DNA of 64,000 nucleotides from positions 355,611 through 419,610 of the forward strand of contig NMRA01000399.1 in assembly GCA_002633005.1 (NCBI GenBank). Reading direction: 5' to 3'. Below are positions 1 through 12,812 of this stretch, in pieces. Position 1 is the stretch's first letter. Each line of letters opens with the position of its first letter. Source of the stretch: Phoronis australis (Eukaryota; Animalia; Phoronida). Under the pieces are notes generated by a model that searched no databases, was not told where the DNA came from, and saw only the letters and a list, made by a program, of their open reading frames with translations. Position numbers and translations under genes: made by a program.

Positions 1-1679
1 ACATTGCATATATATTTGGAAGATTTTCGTCATCAGAACGAACACACGTGCTTTTTGCCATGGCAATTTTAAAGCTGCTTAATTTATATTAAGAGTTAAA
101 GTTCGTCGCGTCCGATGCTTTGCACGTGGCAATTCGCACGTGCGTTCGTTTCTGGTGATCAAGAAGAATGTATAACTGGTGACGTGACTGTAATAAAATG
201 ATTATCAATAGAACGCTAGTTTGTGTAAGATTTGATTTTGCTTTCGGATGTGTAAGGTTTCTAAACCTCGACCATACACTGCCAATTTTATTCCAATTAT
301 CGAAACACGTCTGTAAAGCAAAGTCATATCAACCTTTATAGCATAGAGAGGTAAAGTATGGTTTAATTACTGTTGCTCAAGAATACAATTTCATACTGTT
401 AGAGACGCGGCTGTAGCGGTAAAACTTAGTGTTTTAGTTTGTACCTACTATTTACCACATCGTATTTAGACCTTACAATATTGTCTGGCTTGACGCCACT
501 AGATCTAGCTGACCACGTGGCGGATGTACATTGTGCCACCTTGCGGCGCCACGTGCTCTGGAGATATTTGATGTCGAGCGACCAAAAGAATTAAGTTACC
601 AATTGAATCTATGTAAATTGTCGTTAATTTCTCGTAGTTATTTTCTTCAATTATCAGACCATTTACCGAACAAGGATAGACGATGTCAACACTTCTCATC
701 AGTTTTGACGAGGCCAACGTATCTCGATCCACCGACTGCATGGCGCGTTCAGAGTATAGTAGAATACTTCTGAAGCCAGTATTTTGTCGTGAGCCATTAC
801 TTACTTGCCTAGTTCAGGGTTATTGTGATAATAGGCTTAAGTAGTGCTTTGATGTCTTGATGACGTAACACAACTTGTAGCGACTGAACCGTTGTTAAAA
901 CTGTACTAGCCGTGCAGTTCACTGCCATGTTTCATTAAAACCGTATTTCGAACCAAAGACGTTTCGTTTGTTCTAATGTGCATTAGTGTTACCCCACTTA
1001 CAAACACGTATTTACCGATACAGAGATAAAGGTAGAAAACTTATGGAACACGTTTAAGTATAAGCTTTGAAAATATAGAGGTTACCCTTGGTAGTTGCAA
1101 TGCCGAATTGGCCCGTCGCAGCCGCCGGGACTGGACATCATGAACATAAACCAGCTTCAGTTGGAAACTAAACCTCCAGTCACGAAAAGACTATAATAGT
1201 GAGCTAAAGAAATAATGTGCACGTAATTATTTTGGTGAATTAGCCACGAAACTGAAATCTACATACTTTTCGGGGGCCGCGGTTTCCCCTTCCGGGCCAC
1301 AGAACCGTCAGGGCAAAAGCTATACAGTAACAATGATTTGAATGATGTATTTGTATATCTAAATAAAGAATCCCCTAACATTTGACCGTAGAATATAAAA
1401 TCGAGTTATTGTTTCACAACAACTTTCAGTCAGCAAACACTGAATTAGCATTCGCTAACACGGCATCGGTGCCCGGTCAATTACCTTTATTGTATCTGAA
1501 GCCGGTAACGCAGTGGTCTTATTCAATGCTGGCTTCTCAAAACATTTGCACTCACGAATACTCCAAAGACATTACAAATTGTATCTAACGAGACAGACTT
1601 TGTTTCAGTTTTATGTAAGCATTGGTTTGGGTGAAAATATTTCATTTTGAAACAGAACGCAGAATAATAAACGACATCA

Positions 1680-2054
1680 TGGCAACTAGCAATCCCCGTA
1701 CTTGGACGAGTGCTCATCCGACGAAGACTTCACAGGTGGACCGTTATGTTTTACAGGCTATCAGTTCGAACCGAAATACACTGATCAAGAAACATTACAG
1801 AGGCGCTGTGAACATGCAACGGAAGGTATGGATAGTTCTTTGGTAAGCCGGAATTCGTCAGAGAAATGACTGTCGACGAAATGCTGACGACAGACACGGA
1901 GATGTTTCACGGCCTCATACTTGCTATTAACAGCGTACTCTTCACTTTCTAAGCAATTCAGGCTCTCGAGAAAGTCTATAAAACTATATAAACGCTTTCC
2001 TCGCAGCTTCATAGTGCGGACAAGTGGGAACGATCCACAGCAACATAGCGGCAT
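1680..2054. mobile_element. Degenerate DNA-transposon relic, possibly Kolobok-like (THAP-like remnant on - strand converging on a GYQFEP-containing remnant on + strand)
   Basis: - strand ORF 1785..2054 reads MPLCCCG...LYSF...HLRVCRQHF...LSIP, resembling the THAP C..C/CxxHF/xxP pattern; + strand ~1757 reads GYQFEPKYTDQE. No clear TIR/TTAA pair found. Confidence 0.35.
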
Positions 2055-2896
2055 TCACTCTGCAGATGAACCACTGACGTCGCTGCATCTTTTCTTACCT
2101 TCCTCGCAGGTTAGCGCGACACCTCTCGGCAAGCGAAGATCGGGTGCCATTCTCCTTTAAAATACTTTTCCACAAAACACAGATTTGGAGAAAAAAATCT
2201 TGTGAAACGGAAAACAATTAACTGTTGTTTTTACCTTCAGTCAAATAGATATCTTGATGATCTTGATAAGCATTTCCAGTTCTCATTAATTGCTGTTCCC
2301 ATAGCGTGTATTTAGTATCCATGAAGCATCAAAGAGTGACGTAAGAGGCCTTGCAAAAGAGGTGCATCTTGGTTAATCTACATTCATTGAACAAACACGT
2401 TATCTGAAGTTATCATTCAAAATCCGAATAATGTTGAAATTAAGACAGGTAATTTTGCATGTTGTTAAGTAAAGTAGCGACTTTTTGAAAAACAGAAAAG
2501 GTAGCCCTACAGCACTACCGCAGTGGACTACGGGTACGTTAAGTACCCTACGATATTAGGCCTACCTACGCTATCGTATCGAGTTGAGTTACCAAGTGGA
2601 AACACGGTCTCCTTCGTGCACACATCTAAAACTGCTAAGCAACATGTGGTAATAATTGATGGGATTTCGTGAGTTCCCACCAAAATGGTTAGACAAAAGG
2701 ACAGTTTAAGTGAACAGGAAGCAGAACAATTTGTCACAGCAGAAATGGTCGCTTGACATAACCTTTGATGTCCCATATTAAAAATAATGTCATACTTTTT
2801 GTATGAAAATACCGCATATGGAAATAATCTGATGGGGTCTAAGTAAGACAATGCGCTAGTGTTGGCGTACGAAGTAAACGGTTGCATTCGTTACAT

Positions 2897-2970
2897 CTCT
2901 CTTACGTTCTTTGCACCTCTCTTACGTTCGTTGCACCTCTCTTACGTTCGTTGCAACTCCTTTACGTTCC
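2897..2970. repeat. 20-bp tandem repeat (ctcttacgttcgttgcacct), ~4 copies
   Basis: Directly visible repeated unit. Confidence 0.85.
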
Positions 2971-3399
2971 ACTTAAAGCTACCACCTTGATCATGGTTAC
3001 TATTTATCACGTAAATAATTATTTCTGTGCAAAAATCATACCGTCATTGATTCCATTTACAACATTCATTCATGAATTTGAATAACCAACTCAAGGTGTT
3101 TGCTAATGGTTCTACAATCAATTCCCGGGCACACGGAAGTGAACCACTTCGTCGATCTCAACTGTAAATGATTCTTAAAGAAAATATTCTGTTGCGAAAA
3201 GTACGTATAAGAGCTTCAGAAAGTCTTTATCAATCGATCAAAATTTTTAACAAATACCATTCACTTACATGTCGGTTATACACGATAAACCAGAGACAAA
3301 CAAACTCAGCGTATATATAGCAAGCACAGGGGAAGCTGACAAGCAGAACGACCCAAGCTACCAGCGATCTTAGCGGTGAAAAATGAAACATAAACCTGT

Positions 3400-6105
3400 G
3401 TTGAGTATCAACAAAATGATATCTATGTAAAAATTGTGCATGTACAATTACCTAGGGTTTACAATATAAACTACCGATGCAATAATGGGAGAAACTAAAA
3501 TAAGGAACAAATTAAGAATGATGTAGCCTAAGCTCTAACATGGTTGACACAACAAATGAAAATGTCTAAGCAGGCATAACTACATGATTGAAATTCATTA
3601 CACAGCGCATGGAAACAAGAATCAGAGATGATGGGTTAGACAAATCTTTTAAATACTTTTAAAATTCTAAAACTTTTGCGATCCTAAGATGCACAGATTC
3701 TGGACTTTGATATTGAGCATTTTTCTGAACAGTTTTGCAACAAGTGAGTTTTTGCGGCTGAGGAGAAGGCGTGAATGGAGTGAGTAAATATCTTTTCAAT
3801 TAATATATTTTGTTTTTAACAATTAATAATTTTGGAAGAAAGTTGAAGAGGCTCTTGGCTTTAGTGAGTGGTATTGGTAATAATGGGTTGAGCGGTGGAA
3901 GTGTTACACAAAAATCGACGTATCTTGAGGGGACATTTTTTGTCGTTTGGATGAATCAAGATTGATGTCATCATGAAAATCTGAGACAAATGGGGTAAGA
4001 GCTTATTACAAGACTGATAGAAAAATTTTAGGCAGGAAATATGAAAAATGTCGTTTAAGGAAAGAAGACTCAGTGATCGAAATAACGGGTCAGTATGAGC
4101 TAGGAAGCATGATGACGTAATATTTCGAACAGCACGTTTTTGTAATACTTGTAGTCGACGGCAGTTGTGGAAACCTCAACATGTTACAGCATATTAAGTA
4201 AATTGTGGTAAAATGAGAGATTTATAAATTAAAAGAAGAACATGTTGAGGAAATGTTCTTTTTATCTTGTGCAGTACACCACATGTTTCAGCAGTCTTGT
4301 TTGCTCTTTCTTGTATACGTTTGTTCCAAGATAAGTGTCTTTCTACATAGGCGGATTTAGGGGGGGCAGGGGGCCCGCCCCCCCCCCNTGTTTGGGGGGG
4401 GGGCTCAGATCCAATGTCAAGTGTCAAATTCGGAACACGGTTTATTCGTAACGGAACTATGGCTAAGTATAGGCTCTCCCGCGATATCCCAGGCGACCGG
4501 CAGTGGCACTACGACTCCGTTTCCGTCGTCTGCTCCACTGTGCAATGAAGAAAATTTACTTCATTTTTTAAAGAAAATGGAACCTGAGTGACGATGAAAA
4601 AACAGAAGCTGCTGGTAAGATGTGAATTTTAATAGAAGCCTTAGTGAATCACTCAGAAACTCATAATTCTCTCTTTGTCAAACCTTAACTTAAGACGATT
4701 TCCAAAGCAATCCCGTCATTATTGCCAACACGAAAAACGAATTTGGTCTTTTAGGCATTTGAAGACTATTTTAAATACAAAAAAATTGTTAAGAACCGAT
4801 TGCACAAAATATAAAACGTGTAATAAGCATTACAAAAAGAAGTAGGTTTCGCGCGCAAACGCTGTGGACCATAAACAAGTAGGTCTCTTAGTATACGATC
4901 AGTAATTAAGGCGTGGTGGTGTAGTGGTAAAGCATGCGCGCTCTATTGACCAGTTCGAGTCTCTGGTATCTTGCAGTTTTCTTGTTTGACACGTTTTTTT
5001 GTTTTTTTTTGCCTTTTTTCTTGGATAATACTTCAGGAATCAAGGAAAATGTTTGATTTTTAGAGGAAAAAACAGAAAAATTTCCTGGGCAGGAGGGAGG
5101 AAACCCCCCTCCCGACCTCCCCCCATTCGGTGCTATGCGCATCTACAATCGTGGTTTGCGCAAATGCTTACAGCCGGACAAAATGTTGGGTCCCCCTTGC
5201 GATATCCTAGATCCGCCACTGGTCTAGATGTAATCCCAAAAACTTAAATGTTTCGACATATGTGATTGCCTTGTTCAGGATTTGCAGATCAGGAATGTGT
5301 TGCTCTTTGAGATATTTCTGAGGAAAGCTAAATAACATGTATTTGGTTTTTGAGGAGTTAAGCGAGAGTTTATTTGCTATCACCCAGGCAGTTAGACGTG
5401 AGAGTTCATTGTTTAAGAAAACAGCTGATGCATCTGTTGAGAAAGTGCTTATGTTAAGAGGGGTGATAAGGCACGTGTCATCTGCGTACATGAGTACATC
5501 AAGTGAATTGGATAGATGTAGACCATTTACATATACCAGAAAAAGAAAGAGTCCCAGAATGGAACTTTGAGGAACACCAGTGGTAATCTGTAAGTTGGCA
5601 GATTCTTCTTTTGTCAACAAATACGAATTGCATTCTGTATGATAAATAACTTGTGAACCACTGTATTTCATTGCCACGAATACCGTAGTATTGTAATTTC
5701 TGAAGAAGAATTTTGTGATCAATGGTTTCAAATGCCTTTGAGAGATCGATAAATGGTGTTAAAGGATTTTGACCTCTAGCTAGAAAAGTGTGCATTTTGT
5801 CAAAAAGTTCAAGAGCAGCACGTTCAGTAGAAAAATTCGCGCGAAAACCATATTTGATGCTTGTAGAGAATTTCATTTTTATTTAGTGATGTATATAACT
5901 GCTCAATCACAATTTTCTCAAATAATTTGAAAATTTTTACGTTAGTATGGATAATGAACAATAGATGGATAGAACAGAGTCATCAAGATCATTTCCTTTG
6001 AATACTGGAATTGTTTTGCAATTTTAAGTTGATTAGGAAAGACTCCCTGCATAAGCGATTGATTGATAAGAAACGTGATTGGAGGTGTAAGTTCGTCGGT
6101 ACGTG
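3400..6105 (-). mobile_element. 5'-truncated, frameshifted LINE (CR1/L2-group) reverse transcriptase, interrupted by a DNA element at 4346-5221
   Basis: Overlapping ORFs give YGFR..ST, FIDLSKAFETIDH, WFTSYLS, GVPQSSILG, YADDT, LSLNSSKTKYMLF, FKFLGLHLD; reading resumes past the insertion as RHLSW...LLLIYKSLILP. Outer boundaries approximate. Confidence 0.9.
4346..5221. mobile_element. Non-autonomous hAT-like TIR element inserted in the LINE, imperfect 5-bp TSD
   Basis: Left end CATAGGCGGATTTAGG; right end reverse complement CAGTGGCGGATCTAGG; flanks TTCTA (4341-4345) and GTCTA (5222-5226); splits the RT peptide LHLD|RHLSW. Confidence 0.75.
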
Positions 6106-7967
6106 CATGTCCCCAATTTTACTTCTGTACTGTGTAGTTAGGCGAGCGCGTCTGCTTGTTTGGTGAAATGGCTGTAAAAGTCAATTGGCTACAGGGCGGG
6201 TGAGCACGAAATCTTGTATGATTGAGACCAGATGTCAACCTGGAAGTGTGTTTGGATCATCACGCGAGCTACAAAATTGGACACGGTACACAACGTGACA
6301 TGCCTTGCAGTCACAGGGCAGCATAGCAATGTTTTGTTTAGAAAACCTTGTGACAAAGTTGTGTAAACAAGAAGATTTGCTAACGACCAAAATATAATCC
6401 TGGGAAAAATTCCTTGCATGTGAAACAAAATATGCGTGCTTATTAAAAGTAATTCTTAAAAGTAAGACAGACAGTTGAAAATTTTTTAGCACAGTCTCAC
6501 ATTGATACGTCAGCTTCTGTTAGTCAAAATAATTGGTGAAAAGTTGGGTATGAGAGAGTGGAAGTTTGAAAATTGGTGAAAGTCTTTTACCCGACAGCAC
6601 GTGCTACCACAGAATTATTCTCAAGATTCGGTGGCTGCAATTAAGTCAGCGAACAGCTTCACAAACTTAGGCAAATACTTTTAGTAGAAGGGGGACACAA
6701 GTTTGTATTTATTTCAAATATTCAAGGCTCAAAATACTACAGAGGCACCATTACAAACATTTGTTAAGGTGTTGATGATCCTCAACGAAGAGCTCTGATG
6801 TTAACCAGAACCAAGAGCCTCTGCTATCCCAATTCATACCATCCGGTGTTGCTAAGACGCTTGGTTTACATCTCTCGTAGTCTCGCGCGCTTATTGCGTG
6901 ATTTGGTCTCGCGCGCGAAAAGCGCTGCGCTCGTCACATGACTCAAAGCATTACTGCTATTGTTTGCTGTGATGACGTAATTACAAGCGTAAAGTACATG
7001 TTAATGTCATGGATTTTAAACTTGAAAATTGAACATTCACAAGACGGAATACTTCATTACGTGCGCAAACTTAGATTTAGGGTAAAGCGGATAAAGCCGG
7101 AAACCAGCCAAAACGCCTATCTTCCCCTAGCAGTGATGAACGAATTTAAAGCCCAACTGGTAATGATAACCCACAGAAAGTATAGGTTAGATTGATTTAG
7201 AAATATTTTCGAGGGAGTGCAAAATTTTCAGCACCATGACAACGAATCACGATGAATGGATAAATCCCCAGGAAAGCGATGATTATGCACAAGTAATAGA
7301 GATAACTTTGCTGAGTTTCGAGCAGTGGTCTACATTTGGACAGATTTCGAAATAATTACACCGTTTTATCATGATAACATTGTTAGGCTTATTTAGAACA
7401 ACTTTAGGGTCACGTCATAGACAGGTGAGGATATTTAAACCAGCTTTACAAATTCTCCCAATTGAACGATTCCTCTCTAACCTGCATTTACTATAGAATG
7501 GAAACGTTTGATTAGAATCTGATAATTAGCATTGGACAAGGACTCGCGTCTCTAGAAATATTTCGTTTATTCATTTAATACGTAAGAATGAGAACGGTTC
7601 CAATAAGAACAGCAAATGCGACGGATCACCCTGATTTATGACGCAACAACCCATCTCAATAATTTTGTTTCAAAATTCTAACACTTTTATAAAGAAGCAG
7701 TCAGTCAAGCTTTGAAAAATCCGTTTTGCTTTTGTATGTTACAACATGATGCCTATTACAGGATACAAGTAACGAATACACATAATGTGTCAAAGTGTAT
7801 ATCAAGTGAAGTTAGATAAACGCTAAAATTAAACCCTAGAAGCTTTGGCTGGATTACCAACAATAATAACGCGAATGGGATCAGTAACAATAGGATATCG
7901 TATCTAAATTGTTCAGAGATTAAAACACATGACCAAATTCCCAACGTCATCCAAGCGAGAATATTGA

Positions 7968-7973
7968 TATAAA
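7968..7973 (+). promoter_or_regulatory. Candidate TATA box of the cathepsin gene
   Basis: TATAAA about 55 nt upstream of the ATG at 8027. Confidence 0.4.
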
Positions 7974-8026
7974 TGTAATACATCCCAAGGGAGAGCCAGA
8001 TGCGAAGTTTCTCGAAAATCCAAACC

Positions 8027-8356
8027 ATGTTCAGGTGTGTAGCAGTCGCCGTGCTGGTCGCTCTCGTGAGCGCGAACCCTAATCTCGACGAACACTGGAA
8101 GAACTTTAAGCGCCATCATGGCAAGTCGTATGCTTCGCACGAGGAACCGAAGAAACGCGCCATCTGGGAGAACAACGTGAAATACATCCGCAAACACAAC
8201 TTAGAATATGACCTCGGTAAACACTCATACTTCTTAGGAATGAACGAGTTCTCTGACCTGACGCATGAAGAATTCAAAGAAAAAATGCTGGGCTTCAAGC
8301 CAGAATCTGTTGAAATCCAGGACAGCCAACTGTATATGGAACCCGAAAACTTTAAG
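8027..8356 (+). CDS. CTSL: Cathepsin L-like cysteine protease exon 1 (signal peptide + I29 propeptide)
   Basis: ACCATG start, hydrophobic signal MFRCVAVAVLVALVSA, ERFNIN-type motif EEPKKRAIWENNVKYIRKHN, GNFD motif GMNEFSD; donor AAG|gtaagg, phase 0. Confidence 0.93.
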
Positions 8357-8799
8357 GTAAGGCCGTCTTCATTCGTGTACCTACAACGATTTTTCAAAGA
8401 TGCCGTCAGAGATACGAACCTTTTATTTGTATAAGTTACCGCTGTTTTGGTCTCAACTTCTTCCTTCGTAGGAGTAGAATATCTGTGCTTGCAAAGAATC
8501 GGGACAGTTTGTTTTTGCTTCAAATCATGACCCACCGTGACTAGTCATCACCAACAGTTGCAATCTATCAGTTCTTTTCGCGCCTCGAAATCATTATTAA
8601 TTTCAGCAAGGTACAAATTTTGTAAAGGTATAGTCTAACCAAAAGTTAGTTTTTGACATGTCGGGTTAGTAAATTTAGCTTTGAATGAACACTTTAAACT
8701 TTTGATCAACTTCTCAAGCTTTTCGAGAGACTCAATTATCGTCTTTAAACGACAGATTAGAAATGACCGAACGAGGTTGAATAAATGCCTTGTTTTCAG

Positions 8800-9141
8800 G
8801 CACCATCAAGTGTTGACTGGAGAACACAGGGTCTGGTTACCGGCGTCAAGAACCAGGGTAGCTGTGGCTCGTGTTGGGCATTCTCGACAACAGGATCGCT
8901 AGAGGGCCAGTGGAAACGCAAGCATGGAAGACTGCCCAACCTATCCGAACAACAACTGGTCGACTGTGCCGGCGGTAGGTTTGGCAACAAAGGATGCGGT
9001 GGTGGCAACCCAGCCTCTGCCTTGAAGTACATCCAAGCCGCCGGTGGCATCGACTCAGAGTCTTCCTATCCATATAAAGGGCGACAGGGCTCTTGCCGCT
9101 TCAGCAAATCGGCCGTTGCCGCCACAGATTCTGGAGTTTCC
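8800..9141 (+). CDS. CTSL: Cathepsin L-like exon 2 (mature N-terminus, catalytic Cys)
   Basis: ttttcag acceptor; APSSVDWR, KNQGSCGSCWAFS, LSEQQLVDC, GCGGG, YPY; donor gtaagt at 9142. Confidence 0.95.
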
Positions 9142-10042
9142 GTAAGTTTGGTTACTGACAGGATTTCCAAAGAATATGCAAATTGTATGTAATCTCAACA
9201 CAGAAGTCGATGTGCGGAAAAAACAGATCGAACCTAAGAATATCGAAGATTTTCGATTCTTTTAAGGACAAGTAGAAGCTTATCCCAAAACAGAGCAAAT
9301 CAAAGTTATTTTATTACTTAAAATGTACTTTGTGATTTACGTCGTCATCCACAACGTCACATTTTTCATAGCCTCAAATTTCCCCTCATATGTGAACTGT
9401 ATCTGAGCATGTGCGGAAATCAGTCACACCGCAAGTCACGTGACTTTCAAATAACGGGGAATGATTGGCCCAATGACTAAAGGGCGCACATACATATGAA
9501 ACGTGCGTGCGTTTCATAGACCTAAACGTAACATTTTACAATCGTTGCCCCAATCACATGGTCAGATTCTTCACCGCTTACTTGTACGATGTTATTTCCC
9601 CAAAATAACGAGTGTTTAGACTGAACTTATATACAGTGAATATCGAAAAAACAACCAATCTTTCTTGGGATTATTAAAAGTTCCTAATTTTGGTTATTCC
9701 CAAATTTCACAAAAAGGTGCGTGACCAAACTCTGTTGGGTACTCGCCAGACACTTACATTGAACATAGTGTTTATCCGGTACCGTTTATTCTGATGATTT
9801 CAGGTCAGCTTAAGCCATTTTATTTTCCTGGTGTTCACTAGTGAGACGGTGTGCTTATAGTAATTCCGAAATTATTACGAGATCTGGTGTGATCCTGGGT
9901 TACACTGTTCTATCTTGCAGGATCTTGTCAAACTAACATCGGCCAGGTGTTATTGAATGCAGCCTAAGACTAAGCTTGTGTACTTTTTTCTCATGCGGCA
10001 ATTTTACTTACGCATTAATTCAAAATTTTCGTATTTCTTCAG

Positions 10043-10245
10043 TATGTGAGCCGCGGCAGCGAGAGTGCTCTGACCAACGCCGTGGCTTCAGTTGGCCCAG
10101 TGTCCGTTGGAATCGATGCCAATCACCCGTCATTTATGCACTACAGAGGCGGCCTCTACGATAACCCACAATGTAGTTCCACTCGTCTCGATCACGCTGT
10201 ACTTACTGTTGGCTACGGCTCCAACTACTGGCTTGTAAAGAACAG
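10043..10245 (+). CDS. CTSL: Cathepsin L-like exon 3 (catalytic His and Asn)
   Basis: ttcttcag acceptor; [27 protein letters not shown]; donor AG|gtaaga, phase 2. Confidence 0.95.
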
Positions 10246-10462
10246 GTAAGAACCAACCAATAACATATCTAGTCGATTCAATGAAGTCCTAAATGTACAT
10301 GGAACATACACAACGCATAATAAAACGAAAAGCAGAGTATAAATAAACATGTAGGATTAGCATTAAACGTGTTTTAAAACATTTAAAGCAGACCGTATTT
10401 CGTCCTTTTAGCTAAAATCGAGATTGGTACCATGTCCATTGCTCTCATGAAATTGTTCTTAT

Positions 10463-10604
10463 TATGGGCGGCGCACCATAGGGGGCTGAAGGGAGCTATA
10501 GCCCCCCCCACCTTTTTCAGTGCTAGGCTACACATGGTCTAAAGGCGGTGCACCACAGGGGGGCTTTAGCCACCCCCACTTTTTTCAGAGCCGCGCCACC
10601 CATG
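10463..10604. mobile_element. hAT-like MITE with 5-bp TSD CTTAT
   Basis: Ends TATGGGCGGCGC / revcomp CATGGGTGGCGC; CTTAT at 10458-10462 and 10605-10609. Confidence 0.75.
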
Positions 10605-10846
10605 CTTATAACATTCGTATAAGATATTCAGTGATAGAATTCTATTTCCGTTATCTACTCATGTCGCAGTGGTATAAACATTGGACTGACACAACTCTGA
10701 CGCGTTCTATTGAGTCGATGGTGGCGTTGATGTTGTTGGGAACGGACTAGAATCCTATTATGGCAAGGGATAAGGTCGATTTCATTAGATTAAAAGGCTT
10801 TCGTCTTGTCGCGAAATGCTGCTTGATTTCAAGTTCAGAAAAATTA

Positions 10847-10948
10847 AAATTTGTACGTACGTGTTAAGCTTAAAATTTGTGCGTACGTGGTAAGCTCAAA
10901 ATTTGTACGTACGTGGTAAGCTTAAAATTTGTACGTGTGTGATAAGCT
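10847..10948. repeat. ~26-bp tandem repeat (aaaatttgtacgtacgtggtaagctt), 4 copies
   Basis: Directly visible. Confidence 0.85.
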
Positions 10949-11474
10949 TGCGCAACTCTTACCCCTAAAACTCGCATTTAGGCGAGTGCGAGTGTTCATG
11001 AAAGTGGAACTGATCTAAATTACGGTCCTGGCGTGCAAGAAATCTTTGCCACCAAACCTGCAACTAGGCGAAATCAGTGAGTCCACCTTCGTACACTTAA
11101 TTACGCCGGTGCAATGCAGATTGGATTATTGGACATGCTAATCCAGGAAAACGCCGATCTCTGCTCCGCATACATGTTCATCCTCTTAATTAAAGGCCGC
11201 TACCATGTAGACTACCCTAGAAGTGGATAAAGAGATACCGAGAATTAAATTCTGATGGTAGGTTGTCAGGGATAATTTTAGGAGCGCGCAAAATAATTCC
11301 ATTGACGCACCGCGATTGCCTACGGGTCCATTCAAATTGAAAGCGAAAAGAACAAACAAATAACACGTCCTATAGGCCATCCTAATCGGCCCAAAGACTT
11401 GAAGCTGTGTTTTTTTCTGAAATGATCGTTAGGCTCCAAGACGTGTGGTTTGGAAATGGCCTGTTTATTTATCT

Positions 11475-11632
11475 CAGAGACGGATCCAGGATTTTTAGTT
11501 AGGGGTGGCCAGGGGCAGAGTATTAGCCAGGATTTTTCCCGTCAGACATTCGCACCCCCCAATTGCTAAATGGAATCTGGGAGAGTTTTAGGGGGGAATG
11601 GCCCCTTTGGCCCCCCTCTAAATCCGCCAGTG
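11475..11632. mobile_element. hAT-like MITE, imperfect 5-bp TSD (TATCT/TATTT)
   Basis: CAGAGACGGATCCAGG ... AAATCCGCCAGTG ends; internal sequence (cagacattcgcacc) shared with 34719-34882. Confidence 0.7.
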
Positions 11633-11851
11633 TATTTAGCATGTGCCAGTGCGGACATCGACATAGAACGAGAACCAAAAATAAGTGCACTCAGAGAGTA
11701 TTGAAAATAAGTGTTCTGAGAGGGTAATGGTAAATACGTGTACTCAGAGTGTAATGGTAAATACGCGTACCCAGAGAGTAACAGTAAATAATGTGTACTG
11801 AGAGAGTAATGACTCAGAGAGTAATGGTAAACTTAGGTTGTCATGCTTCTC

Positions 11852-12166
11852 CATAGGCGTATTTAGGAGGGGTGCAGGGGGCCCGCCTCCCCCACCCCTC
11901 TTGGCTGCCGTAAGCAAAAATGGAACAATAACAGCGTGAAGCGCTAGGAAATATTGAGTAATCAACTAGGACGCGGAGAAGGGGGTGCCCCCAGATCGCG
12001 GCGTTCCCGTTTTTTTTTTTAGTCCACCGATAGGTTTTCCGAATAGATGGTTCACACACCTGCAACTTCGGGCCTGAGCTACACATGCAATCACCGCACT
12101 TTGCCCAATTCCCCGAGACAACATGTTGTCCCCCTCCCCCCTTATGGCATCCTAGGTCCGCCACTG
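11852..12166. mobile_element. hAT-like MITE with perfect 5-bp TSD TTCTC
   Basis: CATAGGCGTATTTAGG ... CCTAGGTCCGCCACTG; TTCTC at 11847-11851 and 12167-12171. Confidence 0.8.
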
Positions 12167-12581
12167 TTCTCATTCTGAAGTCTAACTTGTTTCTCTTTGT
12201 CACTCAAAGATACTGTTTTGGAAACTGGCAAACCGTGGTATCTCCGAAACTGAGCCCATCATCTTACATTGGACAAAAAATCCCGTAAGCCTATACTTTA
12301 GGGACTTATACTTGAGGGGTCTGCACTTGAGGGAAATAACCGCAACATGCTTGTACAACAACACGCGAATTTTATTCAACATGACTGCCCAATATTGCTT
12401 TGAACGTAATAAGTATCACTAGTTGACAGTACTACAACAATGGATGCTCACAGTTCGCTTTCTGGGCTAAATATTTGTAGTTAATGTATTGTCATTTATT
12501 TGCGTAGCAAAAAAGTTACGGACTATGAGACTTGAAGGCTTAGGTAGACATTAAAAATAATTACGATCTGAACCATAATAA

Positions 12582-12707
<126 letters not shown>

Positions 12708-12806
12708 TAACGTCAAAGATCACGTGCTCAGTTGCATTGCACCAATCAAAGTATTTTACACGAATCATCTCCTGATAAGCAGACTGAGTGAGCAACTTGT
12801 TGCTCC

Positions 12807-12812
12807 AATAAA
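12807..12812 (+). terminator. Candidate polyadenylation signal of the cathepsin gene
   Basis: AATAAA 100 nt after the stop codon. Confidence 0.55.

Noticed and set aside
4909-4970. tRNA-like sequence (TGGTGTAGTGG ... AGTTCGAGTC)
   Set aside because: A/B-box-like motifs are present but anticodon and acceptor stems do not pair; it lies inside a transposon.
8000-8434. ORF-track start at 8000 and extension to 8434
   Set aside because: ATG 8027 has better context and begins the signal peptide; sequence after 8356 is intron read-through.
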